DNA from: Octopus sinensis
Taxonomy: Eukaryota
Assembly: GCF_006345805.1 (NCBI RefSeq)
Contig: NC_043005.1
Coordinates: 46,500,001-46,564,000 of the forward strand
DNA: 64,000 bases
Direction of reading: 5' to 3'
How positions within the stretch are numbered: the first letter of the stretch is position 1; each line of letters opens with the position of its first letter. Under the pieces are notes generated by a model. It was not told the DNA's origin, ran no database searches, and saw only the letters and a list, made by a program, of their open reading frames with translations. The translations under genes and the position numbers were made by a program. Of this stretch, positions 11,400 to 23,981 are shown in pieces.

Positions 11400-12616
11400 T
11401 ACTGAACTACAAAAGAAACGTCGAACTGTAAAAGATTATTTGTTTCACACACGATATTGAAATTATATTGATTTTATCATATGGATTATATGGGTTTTGT
11501 ATTGTCCAATGTATGTTCAACTATATTGTTAATAAAGAACAAATTCGTTTCTCGAACGCAGCAAGCATGCCAAGACTGACATGAAATCAGAGGGTGTTAG
11601 TCCATGAGTCATTGCTAATGACTTGGACTGCAGTATTCGGACATATGAGCGGCTGAAGGAACGATACAATGCCACGAACTGCACAGATGATCGTTCACGC
11701 AGTGGCCAACTGAGGGTTACAACTGCACGTTAAGATCGCCACCTGCACAGACAGCACTTGCAGGACCGATTCTGGAGGGCAACGGAATCGATTAGATAGC
11801 TTACCACAGATTCATTTGTGCAGAGACAGTTCGCCGCTGGCCGAAATCTTTCAATCTGTCTTGTCGACGTCCGGCTTGGGGCCCCATCCTCACAGATCGT
11901 CATCGACGGGTACGTCTGCAGTGGCTCAAAAGCATCAGAACTGGCTATGTCAGCAGTAGCAGACTGTAGTCCTCTCTGACGAAAGTCGATACTGCAATTC
12001 TGTGGTAGATGGCAGAGCTAAGGTTTGGAGAAGAAGGGGTGAACACCATGCCGATGGCTGTGGTGGAAAGAGACTCAAGGGGAGAACAGAACATCATAGT
12101 ATGGGGCGGGATTGCACTCAACCAGAAACATTGACCAAGTGTTGAGGCCTCACATTGTGCCATACTTTACCCGTCATCGAAATCACGTATTTCAACACAA
12201 CTCTCGTACCCATACTGCCAGGTTGACAAGAGACTTACCCAACTGCACAACATCTAAAAATTACCATGGCCTGCCATAAGTCCGAACTCAAACCCCATTG
12301 AGAAACTGTGTGACAAAATCCAAAGAAGGCTAAATGACATCCGTCCAAGGCCGACAACTGGTTTAACAGAGTGTGGGCCGCCATCCCCATGGCCTTCTTC
12401 AATCGTTTGGTGCATTCAATGTACAGAAGATGCCTGGAAGTAATCAACGCTAACAGTCTCTTTGGATCCAGAAGACTCCGCCATCACGTGACACCATGTG
12501 ACGTCAAACATGTTTCAGGAAATGACGTTTTATCATTAGGAAAGAACGTTTCATAATTAGCACTCTTCAATCAATGCTATGGCAATCTTTTTAATAAACC
12601 GGTTTCTATTTAGTAT
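11400..12616 (+). mobile_element. Decayed Tc1-like (DD34E-type) DNA transposon
   Basis: ATG at 11567 (MPRLT..), LSDESRYC, VWGGI, VFQHNSRTHTARLTR and LPWPAISPNSNPIEKL (WPxxSPDLNPIE motif). Degenerate ends (T)ACTGAACTACAAAAGAAAC / GTTTCTATTTAGTA. Confidence 0.85.
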
Positions 12617-12749
12617 GTCTATTTAGTATGAAAAGCAAAGTCAGCTTCTGCAGAATTTGAAATTAGAACTTAAAGACGGATGAAATTGCGCTGAACATTT
12701 TGCCCGGTGTGCCAAATCGCAGCCTAAGGGGTTGATAAAATAGTGGCTT

Positions 12750-12957
12750 CACACTTTGGCACAAAGCCAGTAATTTCGAGGTAGAAGATAAGTCGATAAC
12801 ATTGACCCCAATGCACAAAGGGTAGCGATTTTATCGACCCCGTAATGATGAAAGGTAAAATCGACCATGGAGGAATTTGAACTCAGAACGTAAAGACGGA
12901 CAAAATATCACTTAGCATTTTGCTCGGCGTGGTAACGATTCTGCCAGCTCACCGCCC
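12750..12957 (-). mobile_element. tRNA-derived SINE, working family B
   Basis: Minus strand GGCGGTGAGCTGGCAGAATCGTTACCACG..TTCTGAGTTCAAATTCC..CCTTTCATCATTACGGGGTCGATAAAAT. Confidence 0.8.
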
Positions 12958-13069
12958 AAAAGAGCACCAGTAAAATGTTAGTTGTTTGTGTTAGTAGGCG
13001 ACAATTAAATCTTGATGTCTTCCGATGATGCAGCTTTTCTATTACTGTGATATCAGCGTGTATATATTC

Positions 13070-13537
13070 TTTTCTACTCTAGGCACAAAGCCCAACATTT
13101 TTGGGGAAGGAGCCAGTCGATTAGATAGATTCTAGTACGCAACTGGTTCTTAATTTATCGACCCCGAAAGGATGGAAGGCAAAGTCGACCTCGGCGGAAT
13201 TTAAACTTAGAACGAAATACTGACAAAAGACAGTAAGAGCAGACGAAATTCCTATTTCTTTACTACTCCCAGGGGGGGGGGCTAAACACAGGAGGGAAGA
13301 ACAAGGACAGAAAAACGGATTAAGTCGATTATATCGACTCCAGTGCGTGACTGGCACTTATTTAATCGACCCCGAAAGGATGAAAGACAAAGTCGACCTC
13401 GGCGGAATTTGAACTCAGAACGTAACGGCAGACGAAATACCTATTTCTTTACTACCCACAAGGGGCTAAACACAGAGGGGACAAACAAGGACAGACAAAG
13501 GGATTAAATTGATTACATCGACCCCATTGCGTAACTG
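13070..13537 (-). mobile_element. Tandem multimer of SINE family B units (period 189 bp)
   Basis: CCTATTTCTTTACTAC starts at 13251 and at 13440; each unit carries the GTCGACCTCGGCGGAATTT core. Confidence 0.85.
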
Positions 13538-13778
13538 GATGTATATATACAGCCATATACATACATATGCACACACATATACACTTACACACGCGCGCAC
13601 GCACACATACACACACACAAACATGCACATGCGCGCACGCACATGTAAAATTGTCCAAGATATCTTGATTTTTTTATCAGCCCAACAACGTATAAATTTA
13701 TCCGAGGGGCGATCTGTTTGCCTCTGTATGTATGTATGTATGTATGTATGTATGTATGTATGTATGTATGTATGTATG

Positions 13779-13827
<49 letters not shown>

Positions 13828-14532
13828 GTTTGTCTATCTGTCTACCTAACTCTTTATCTCGATACCTATCTATCCACTCGAATAACAACGACGAAACAAT
13901 CCTTCCGCATAGGCCAGAAACGCCTGACCCGACTCCCCCTTAAAATTCCACCCTTTCATTCCACACGTCCCATTTACCTTCATAAGTGTCCGGTGGCTTT
14001 TATTTAATTATTATGCTTGAAAAGAGATCTGAATGAAGACGGAAACATTTAGTATGATTCTGTTAGGTAGAACAGATTAGGTATTCCCATAGGATATGTG
14101 ATCCCCAAGAAGTGTCTAAGTCACCGAGCAAAGATTATATTCCTATTTGAGGCTCGTTATCTCAGTTACTGCAGAGCTCTGACAGTCAATTAAGTTGTGA
14201 ATCTCCTTATATCGGGTTCTGTTCGCTTAATGAAATATTGCATGGTGAGCAGAACTATAGTGGACCAGACTAGCCTGAAAGATATCGAGCCTGTCCATCA
14301 GTGTGTGTTTATATGCATGTATGGATGAGTGTATGAGTACATCTGTCTATATAAGTTTGTATGTACGTACGTATGGATAAGTGTGTTGCGTAGGTGCATT
14401 CTTATATGTATTTATGCATGTACCTACGTGTAAGTCCTGACGTATGAATGCATTTGCATGCATAAACGTTACTATAAGTCTCTCCCCTATCTCTCAGCTT
14501 TTCTCTCTCCTACCCCTCTGACTATATGTATG

Positions 14533-14565
<33 letters not shown>

Positions 14566-14659
14566 TTGTGTATATATATATATAAATATGCATACATGTG
14601 TCTGTGTATTTATACGTATATACATACACCCACACACCATCACACACACACACCCATAT

Positions 14660-14705
<46 letters not shown>

Positions 14706-14859
14706 GACGAAAACCGGTTTGAATAAATATATATTTATATATTTTATCAATTTCTCATTTCATTAAAATTTTCTTTCAATTTAGCATTCTACATTTTTAC
14801 AATTTTTCCTTGCTTATCATTTCTCCACGTGCGGTCAACACAACCCCACCATTTATTGA

Positions 14860-14905
<46 letters not shown>

Positions 14906-14916
14906 TATATATATAC

Positions 14917-15012
14917 AGGCGTAGGTGTGGCTTTGTGGTAAAAACTTTGCTTCCCATCTGCATGGTTCCATGTTCAGTCCTACAGTGTAGCACCTTGGAC
15001 AAGTGTCTACCA
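14917..15012 (+). mobile_element. SINE family A head fragment
   Basis: AGGCGTAGGTGTGGCTTTGTGGTAA..CATGGTTCCATGTTCAGTCC..CACCTTGGACAAGTGTCT. Confidence 0.7.
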
Positions 15013-15016
15013 TACT

Positions 15017-15385
15017 TCGTTCTGTCCGGCCAGTTGAGTTCGAGAAAGAGCGATTAAACCAACTTTTGCACGAAAATTCTCGTCAAACGACAAGGTTACT
15101 GACAGAGAAAATGGAATGCTCCCACATTGCTATAGAGAAGCATCTTCACTCGATGGGAAAGGTTCAGAAGTATGGATCATGGGTTCCGCATGCTTTGAGT
15201 GACAACAGCAAAAATCAACAACCCACGATCTCCGCTGGTTTGCTTGCTTGTCACCGCTTAACTCACGGACGCAAGCAACGATTTCTTTACCGAATCGTTA
15301 CTGGCGACGAAAAATGGTGCTTGTAAATCAATATGAATCAGCGTAAGGAATGGCTTAGTCCCGGTAAACAAGCAACACCGCGGTT
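15017..15385 (+). pseudogene. mariner transposase internal fragment
   Basis: ORF 15003-15326: RPVEFEKERLNQLLHENSRQTTR..HLHSMGKVQKYGSWVPHAL..RIVTGDEKWCL, continuing *INMNQRKEWLSPG. Confidence 0.9.
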
Positions 15386-15504
15386 GTGAAAAAACATCTT
15401 CATCCACGTAAAAAGTAATACTGAAATAGCGTAAGAAATAAGAGATTGCTCCTGGCTCGCATTAGTCAAGAAGTTGAAAATATCTTTGACCCATGACACT
15501 GCAT

Positions 15505-15607
15505 AGACTCTAAGTAAGGCATGTGTAAAATTTGAATGAAATCGGTTAGGTAGTTCTCGAGTTTTAGTGATGCATACATACCGACAGACACACACACATT
15601 CTCAGTT
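15505..15607 (+). mobile_element. Helitron/DINE-like 3' fragment
   Basis: GTGTAAAATTTGAATGAAATCGGTTAGGTAGTTCTCGAGTT..CATACCGACAGACACACAC..CTCAGTTT followed by (TA)n; resembles the ends of Lep1/DINE-like elements. Confidence 0.45.
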
Positions 15608-15674
<67 letters not shown>

Positions 15675-15714
15675 TATATATATGTTGATTCGCTAGCTTC
15701 TGCACGCATTTTTT

Positions 15715-15875
15715 TCTCTCCTTGTTTCTTTTCTGTGTATCTTCTGTTGAAGAGCGTAGGCTCGAAACGTAAAAGACTTGTTTTATTTATATTCCTGAGC
15801 GCCATACTAATACAATTGTTTGTTTGTATTCCACCTGTCTTCGTCTTTTGTTTATTTTCATAAAGCTTCCCGTTA
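15715..15875 (+). mobile_element. Penelope-type tail fragment with a variant hammerhead motif
   Basis: CTGTTGA(15744-50)-A-GAGC-gtag-GCTC-GAAAC-GTA-AAAGAC(15772-77). Confidence 0.45.
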
Positions 15876-16159
15876 TATATATATATATATATATAATTAT
15901 ACATGGTAAACTAAGGATTCAGATAGAATCAGGTACTTGAAAAGATACGCACCATGTAGGGTTAGATAAACCTGTGGTTCCGGCCCATGCTTGGTAAATA
16001 TCAAATAGGACATTCCAGTTGTGAGCACAGAGAAAAGCAATCCCATGAGTATTTAGCGCCTAGTGGCTGGTTCAAAGCACGCGTTACGTTGAATTGTACG
16101 TTGTTGGTATGTTCTAGGGTGTCCGACAAATCGTAAATCCCCTTGGTGTATTATAATTG

Positions 16160-16516
16160 AATGAACAATAACAGACTCTGGATAATTGCCAGCTCATTAC
16201 AGCTGTTTCTTACGCATCTTTAAATAGAAGAATGATAATATTACTCCATTACAAAAAACTGTAACCATCAGATAAGACGTAATTTTACAAGAGAAAAGAA
16301 TGTCCCAAGAATACAGCAGAGATGTGGCTGAAGTCTGTCGAGGCTAACTAACGTCCCATCTGTATTCTTGGGATATTCTTTTGCTTGTAAAATTACGCTT
16401 GATCTGATGGTTATGGTTTCTTGTAATGAAATATCGTTCTCATTCTATTTCAAATGTGTAAGAAGCAATTGTAATGAGCTGACAATTATCCAACATCACG
16501 TCCGTTGTTATTCATT
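16160..16516. repeat. Long imperfect inverted repeat (~155 bp arms, 43 bp spacer), each arm with a hammerhead-like fold
   Basis: 16160-16316 is the reverse complement of 16360-16516 (e.g. GTAATTTTACAAG/CTTGTAAAATTAC and CCCAAGAATACAG/CTGTATTCTTGGG). Confidence 0.85.
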
Positions 16517-16517
16517 T

Positions 16518-16610
<93 letters not shown>

Positions 16611-17259
16611 GTGTGTGTGTATATATACGCACACATAGACTGGCACACATATTCACAAGCACATTGTATATTTGTATATTTAGGTGCGTCTTACCACTAA
16701 GAAAGATTAAAAAAATCACTGGATATAGTTAGCTTCTAAATTGTTGTCTAATTCCTAAGATACGATTTCGTTTGAGTGTTAGAAAAAAAATTTGTCACAT
16801 ATGTCTGTGGCCAGCTCAGTTGTTTTGTTGTCTGCATCGCATTCTTTTTATATATTCCCTATTAGCAATGTTGCTAAGCATCATATATATGTTGTTAACT
16901 GCATATATGTGTTATGTTATACAATATAAATAAGGAAAACAAAGACCACACTTTCCCAGGCAAACACGCACACTCATCCAGATTGATGTTCTCTACTAAA
17001 AAAAAAAAAAACATAAAACAACATCTACCAAACACACATAAAAACTAAAACCAGAATGCAAATATGTTTAGCGACATACAAATTGTGGAAAAGAAATCAG
17101 TTGACCAGCTCTCGTGTAATTGTGTCATTCATAAGAGTGACAAAACATCAAAAATAAAAATAAAAACGAAAGACACCAACCAATTATTAAACGTTTTGTT
17201 AGCAAACGCAAGAAACTAATATTTGTCCCCAGATAAAATTTTAATTAGAGACATTTGCT

Positions 17260-17580
17260 ACTGTATCCTCGGACCGATTAAAACCTTGTGAGTGTATTTG
17301 GTAGACAGAAACTGAAAGTAGCCCGTGATGTATGTGTGCATTCACATATAACTATGTGTGTCTTTTGTGCGTGTGGTCGTCCCCCACTGCCACTTGACAA
17401 TCGGAATGGTGTGCTTACGTCCCTGTAACTTATTCGTTCGACTTGAGGGAACGATATAATATGTACAAGACTTAAAAATGATTAGTGGGGCCGATTCGCT
17501 CGACAAAAATTCTTCAAAGCGCTTCTCCAGCTTCACCGCAGTCTAACGATTAAAACAAGTGGGAGATGTAAAAAATACTG
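17260..17580 (+). mobile_element. Degenerate SINE family A
   Basis: CCTCGGACCGATTAAAACCTTGTGAGTG..GGTAGACAGAAACTGAAAG..CACTTGACAATCGG..TTACGTCCCTGTAACTT. Confidence 0.65.
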
Positions 17581-18385
17581 AATCTCTGCATTCATCTCAG
17601 AATACATTAAATAATGGGTTTCTTATTTTTATAAATAAGAATATTTCGTTTATCGTCTCTGCATAAATAGTAAATATTTCTCAAAGCTCATGTATGTATT
17701 CTCACTTGGAGAATTCTACCAAACAGCACAATACGCGAACAGCTTAGAGCAATATAAATTTATACGCTGTTATGTTGTATAGCTGAATTAAAATCGGTTC
17801 GAGGAAAATATATTAAAATATACTAGGAGTATATACAGTTAGTATATGGAGTTAGTATCTGTGAGTTTATTAGAAACTCAAACAGAATCTTCTTCAACCG
17901 GAGGACATATAAACAATATTTGGAGTAAATGCAGTGAACCGAGTTATACAGACCTGCCCGACGGACAGTGTAAAATATTGATAGTTAATATTAAGTTGAA
18001 ATATCAATAAATTCAAATCTTTTCTTTCTGTGCTTTGACAACCAACAGCAAAATGCATCAACATGCTTTGGTTTAAGTAATATATGGAGATGTAAATTAT
18101 CAATATTTTTCAAAATATGATTACTAGAAAATGTTTTTGGCAGAATTTTTACAAAGAATTGGACAGACAAGTAGCTTAGAGTAATAACGTTAGTACAATG
18201 CTATGGAGTGTAAGTGAATTAAAAACAACTCAAGGCAAATATATATAAAATAAATATATATTACAGTCCCGGAACCTGTATGTGAAATTGGTAACTAGCT
18301 GTTATTATGACACGAAACACCTTGTTCAGCCGGAGGACGAGTGTAAGATATTTGATTTGAATTAAGTAACACAGTCATTTACATA

Positions 18386-18426
<41 letters not shown>

Positions 18427-18459
18427 GCGTGTGTGTGTGTGTGTGTATGTGTGTGTGTG

Positions 18460-18670
18460 TGAGAAAGCGTGTGACCTAGAAGTTAAGCTTTCGCACCCAC
18501 AATCGCTCGATCATGGGTTCCATTTCCGGACCTGGCGATGCGTTATGTTCTTGAGTAAAACGCTTCACTTCATGTTGCTCTGCAGATGGGAAAGAGGCAA
18601 ACACGTTGGCGCGTTGGCAGAAATACTTTACGATATATCTCCCGGCCCTCTACATTCTGAGTTCAAATCC
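18460..18670 (+). mobile_element. SINE C head followed by SINE B head fragment
   Basis: CATGGGTTCCATTTCCGGACCTGGCGATGCGTTATGTTCTTGAGTAAAAC, then GGCGCGTTGGCAGAA..TTCTGAGTTCAAATCC. Confidence 0.55.
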
Positions 18671-19510
18671 CACGTGCCTGGAAAAGGGAACGGGAAACTA
18701 CTTCAGAATTCATTCATAACCGAAGTTCCAGTAATCTATCTAACTGCGACAGCAGAAGGTACCGGTCCTCTCGGGTCGTATAGAGAGTGCTGGAGAAGGT
18801 TCACATGCACAAGGGCAGACCACCGCTAGAAATATCTGTGTGCATGTAGTTTGTGTGTATACATGTACAATTCTTCATTTAGTGTCTACACATCTATATA
18901 CGTTACTCGGAGATATCTTCTTATTAAAACTTGATATGTGTCAGCTACGAAGTTCTAAGCCATTGAGCTTTACTGCTTATAAATGAAGAAATACATATGT
19001 TCAACTTTCTGTACTACGATCTATTTCACTACTTGTACCACCAAACTCTTCTCTTCCATAGAAATATCTAACTGTCTGTCTGTCAATTTCCAGAAAAAGA
19101 GAGAGAGAGAGAGTGAGTGAGTGAGTGAGAGAGAGGGCGGTCTGGTGCTACAAACAGAAATATATATATATATACACTCCCACACACTCGTATATATGTA
19201 TATTTACTACACACTATACATACGTACGTATATACATACATGCATTCACACATCCATAAATATATATATGTATGAAGGCATGCATGTGTGTATGCATGAA
19301 TGAATGTATCCATGTATATTGTTAGCATTCGTATATTTGGTGTAACATCAATTAACTCTCCCCTCGAAAAACAAAACAAAGTATTGTCTCGAAACTAATT
19401 CATTACTGTACAGAAAAGGACATAAACAAAGCAACACCGGTTGTTAAGGGATAGGAGACAAACATACCAACATATGCGTGGTGTATTCTCTCTCTCTTTC
19501 TCTCTCTCTG

Positions 19511-19578
<68 letters not shown>

Positions 19579-19589
19579 ATATTCTTTTA

Positions 19590-20280
19590 TTCTTTTACTT
19601 ATTCCAGTCATTTGACAGCGGCCATTCTGGAGCACCGCCTTTAGTCGAACAAATTGACCCCAAGACTTATTCTTTGTAAGTCTAGTACTTATATCATCGG
19701 TCTCTTATGCCAAATCGCCAAGTTACGAGGGACGTAAACACACCCAACATCGGTTGTCAAGCGATGGCGGGAGAACTATATATATACAAAAAACTTGCAG
19801 TATCGTCCGGCGTTGCTAGGGTTTGTAAGGGAAATAACTATAAAGCATTTTTAGAGAGTTATAGCCAAAAAATATCAAAAAAATGCATTAAAAATGGAAA
19901 AAGAATGATGGTAAATTTTTTTTAAATCGTTGACTCATCGTAGACATTTTTAGAGAGTTACTTCCCTTATATAATAGCAAAAATGCATTAAAATGGAAAA
20001 AAATGAATGTAAATTATTTTTAAAATCGTAGACTCATCGTAGACGCGCGCTAATACCCAGAAGGGCTCAATATGAATCACGACTATAAGATACCCGGTTT
20101 TGGTTAAACTGCACCGTAAAATGTGGGAGTAGTTAGGAATCTAAATCGCAGGAGACAGACACACAACCTTACTTTTATATATAAAGATTTCATACCATTT
20201 AGAAGACACTTGACCAAAATCCCAAGAAATGGTTTCGAACACCGAAACCAGGTAGGTGGTTGTGAAAAGAAGTTTCAACG
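19590..20280 (-). mobile_element. SINE family A split by a Helitron-like insertion
   Basis: Tail and core at 19590-19790; head resumes at ~20198 (TAGAAGACACTTGACCAA..GAACACCGAAACCA..GTGGTTGTGAAAAG). Confidence 0.65.
19792..20188 (+). mobile_element. Helitron/DINE-1-like non-autonomous element with an internal ~100 bp tandem duplication
   Basis: Starts AACTTGCAGTATCGTCCGGCGTTGCTAGGG and ends ..GACAGACACACAACCTTACTTTTATATATAAAGAT. ATTTTTAGAGAGTTA..GACTCATCGTAGAC occurs twice. Confidence 0.65.
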
Positions 20281-20562
20281 AAGTTTTTAAACACAGTCGT
20301 CTCTGCTTATCTTATATGTATGCACGTAAGCACGTATGTATGCCTGTATTATTTATGCATACAATCAACCGTGTATGTATGCATGCATGCGTGTATCTAT
20401 GTACGCATGCATTCATGTATCCATGTGTGCATATATGTATGTATGAATGTTTGCATGCATTTATGGCTGTATGCATGTATTTATTTATGTATGAATGCAT
20501 GTATCTATGTATGCATCTATGTAGTATGTATGTATGTATGTAAGTATGTATGTATGTATGTT

Positions 20563-21430
20563 CTCATTTTAATTTAGATTTAATTTTGATCGGCTTGTTA
20601 GCAAGGTTGTGAAAGAAAGCATCTTGTTTTGTCCCTCATTTAAATCTTAAGAAAATCCTGCAGATTCTTAGCGTCCCAGATATCATGATCATTTATAGTG
20701 TATGAATTTAGGATTTGCGTTCTTTCCACAATAGCCCATGCTTAACCATACTTGGCTCCAGACGGGTTGGTACGTATTCCGTTGCACCAATAATAGTAAT
20801 GTAGCTGAACGCGTATCTTGGGTAGTGGATTTGCTATCTCCTTATCAATGTTCCATACATGCCCTCTTTCTCTTGTGTCCAGAGGGCAGCTGATTCTCTC
20901 AACAGAACGCCTTTTGTGGTCTCACACAACTACATCCGGCCAGTTGTATTTTAACTTGTTGGTAGTTTGAATTTTTAAGTTCCAGCGATATTCTTTTGAC
21001 CCATCGTTCTCAATGTGGTCAACTTCGTCTGTAGGAATTTTCTCTTTTATTATCTTGTTCTAGACTGTTGTGGCCACCGCTTTATGCCTCATAGGAAGAT
21101 AATATCGGGAAGGTATTCTCTGGCTGTTGGCAATAATGTGGTTGATGTCTTCAGTTTCCGTCTTGTGCAACCTACATTTATTGTCTGTCACTGTTTTATT
21201 TCTTCTATGCTGTAAGTACTTGGGAATCTTTTGTTGTTGGATTGCACGGATGTAGCCTTCGAAGTGGGATGTCATAAATTTGTCGGTATTCTCTGCCAAG
21301 CTTTTGACATGATTAATCCCTTCTATGGTTTGTATTTTTCGTGCCAAGTACCTACGCACTATCTACTCGTTGAACTTTGTCCATTTCTCTTTTTATTTTG
21401 TTCTGATAAATAGATTTTAACACTACACCT
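20563..21430 (-). pseudogene. Non-LTR retrotransposon 3' end, restriction-like endonuclease (R4/Dong-type)
   Basis: FEGYIRAIQQQ..KCRLHKTETEDINHIIANS..YYLPMRH (decayed CCHC), YNWPDVVV*D (~20920-20945, PD motif), IIIGATEYVP and GTLRICRIFL*, then a 3' UTR into (CATA)n. Confidence 0.8.
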
Positions 21431-23469
21431 CGGGGAGAGATCTGTATATCTCTCCTCAAGTTCATTAACTAACCTAATTACGTCTGTCTGTCTGTCTGTC
21501 TGTCTGTATGTATGTATGTATGTATGTATGTATGTGTGGTGTGCAAAAAAGGGTATATCTTTTTACCTAAGTAGAGAATATTATTCCTTTTGATACCGAG
21601 TGTGTGGCCGTTCACCATGCTAGTAATGGCAGTGCGAACTCCCTCTAATCGTATCTTCTGTCCTTAAAAGTTTCGGACACAATAGATAATGTAGTATTCC
21701 GAGTATACTTTAAATAGGAAGAATGGCCAAGATTGAAATACTTTTGAGCTTAGTCTGCTAGAACAAGACAGACTTGGAACTAGACTACAAGAATAGCAGC
21801 AGCAGAAGCAACAACAACAACGACAACGCATAGTCACATGTGTAGAATCTACATATTAGGAAAACAAACTGCACTGTGGCAAAACATTCTCATTCAGATT
21901 TAATATCGTAAAACAACAATGAAAACTAACATTTTGAAGCATTTTCCATAGATTTTTCATTTGAATAAAGTGTGTAAACAACAACCATCTTAAGTCTGAT
22001 ATTTAAATTGGATGAGTGTTTAATAATATCGATTGTTCTGATAACTATATTGTTTTGAAGATGCCTGGGGATAAAATGATCTACGTTTAGTATTTCTGAC
22101 ATTTGGATTTCTATTCTAGTTATCAAATCTGTCTCTTTATTCTTTTATCTAGAGTATTATTTTAAGGAGCATATAGGTCGATCTTTATGGAAATGAAAAC
22201 GTTTATAAAAGCGTTTAAAGAAAGTGTTTTCTGTACACGTTTTTGACATTTGTAGAAATATTGCATGTTTCGAATCTGCAAACATGTGATAAGCATGGAA
22301 TATTTGAAGAACGTGACAGCTAATACTGTTATAAAACATTTATGTCGCTAATGCACTTGCGAAAGCCATGAACATTGTAATTCCCATTTTCTCACCTTTT
22401 GAAAAATCTTAGCTCCAGGTTTAAAATTCTTAGCTTATATGATCTAAAGAAGCTGATGGAAGCCTATTAATTTTCTCAGAAACTTTAAGACAGAAGCACA
22501 AAAATTTGAGCCTAGAAGCGGATATGCACTTATATACCAACTATCTGTTTCAATTTAACTGTTGAGGATTAATCTATGATTTAGATTTAGAAAAAAACTC
22601 TAAATACAACAAACATATGAAAGAGAATAAAATTTGTGTACCAAGAGGTAAGCCGTATCTAAAAAGGGATGGCCGCAAACTAACAAGAGTTTCTTATTGT
22701 ACTGCTTTCGATTCTCTGGTTTCCAAACTTACTTTCTTTTTTTTTTCCTTCTTCAACCTTACTGTTGTATTTATTTTCGAATATCTTCTGATAAAGAAAT
22801 ATTTAACAAACGTTTTGATCGAAATGTTCCGCCAATATCCTTACTTCACTTTATTTCACTGCCATGCTTTTTATCCTCCTTGCTTATGTTCTTTTTCTCG
22901 TGTATCTTCTGCACCAAACATTGTCACATAGCAAAGTAATAAGTTACCGCTGAATTCTTTTATATTTTAAGAATGTGTAAGGTCTATTTTGCTATTCAAT
23001 CACAACACAAACGACTTTATATCATGAAGCAGATTGTATGATTCAAACTTGGAGATTTGCACTTACATGCTAAATGCTGATTCATTGGAATCTGGCTCTT
23101 AGTAAACATTTTCTATACGAAATTTTCAACACAGAATACTAAGAAATGCACAGATCTTAGAAGAAATTTCTAGAACACTCTTGATACCAAGATTTGTATA
23201 TGTACGGGAATGTAAACTGCGGTAGATCTCATTGCAGATTGTATTCTCATGTGAATGTGTGTTCAGCTATTGCCACACGCGCGCGTGTTCATGCACACAA
23301 ACAAACAGACAAAAACACGCGCGCTCACGTATTTATATACAAGTACATGCAAACATATACAGAGAAGGAGACGCACTCAATTTTTACATGCATTAGTATA
23401 TATGTTTATTTGTATTTATATTTGGTGGATATTCTTGAATATGCATATACGCGCGCACACACACACACA

Positions 23470-23511
<42 letters not shown>

Positions 23512-23599
23512 AGTAAATGGGATTAAATAAAATCCGGGAAGATATCAATAAAGCACTGTGTTAAACGCACTTTGTTCACAATGTTCAACAATCAGATAC

Positions 23600-23981
23600 T
23601 CTCTATTTTACTTGTTTCAGTCATTTGACTGTGGCTATACTGAAGCACCGCCTTTAGTTGAGCAAATCGACCCCAGTACTTATTCTATCGGTCTCTTTTG
23701 CCGAACCACTAAGGTACGCGGACGTAAACACACCAGCATCGGTTGTCAAGCGACGTTGGGGGGAAAAACACAAACATACAAACATATACGCACACACATA
23801 CATACATACATATATATATGACGGGCGTCTTTCAGTTTCCGTTTACCAAATTCACTCACAAGGCTTTGGTCGGTCCGAGGCTATAGTAGAAGACACTTGC
23901 CCAGGGTGCCATGCAGTGGGACTGAACCCGGAACCATGTGGTTGGTAAGCAAGCTACTTACCACACAGCCACTCCTATGCC
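23600..23981 (-). mobile_element. SINE family A
   Basis: Close match to 29-440 with one internal deletion. Confidence 0.85.

Noticed and set aside
13070-13537. CRISPR-like repeat-spacer array
   Set aside because: Whole 189 bp units repeat with no unique spacers, the context is eukaryotic and there are no cas genes.
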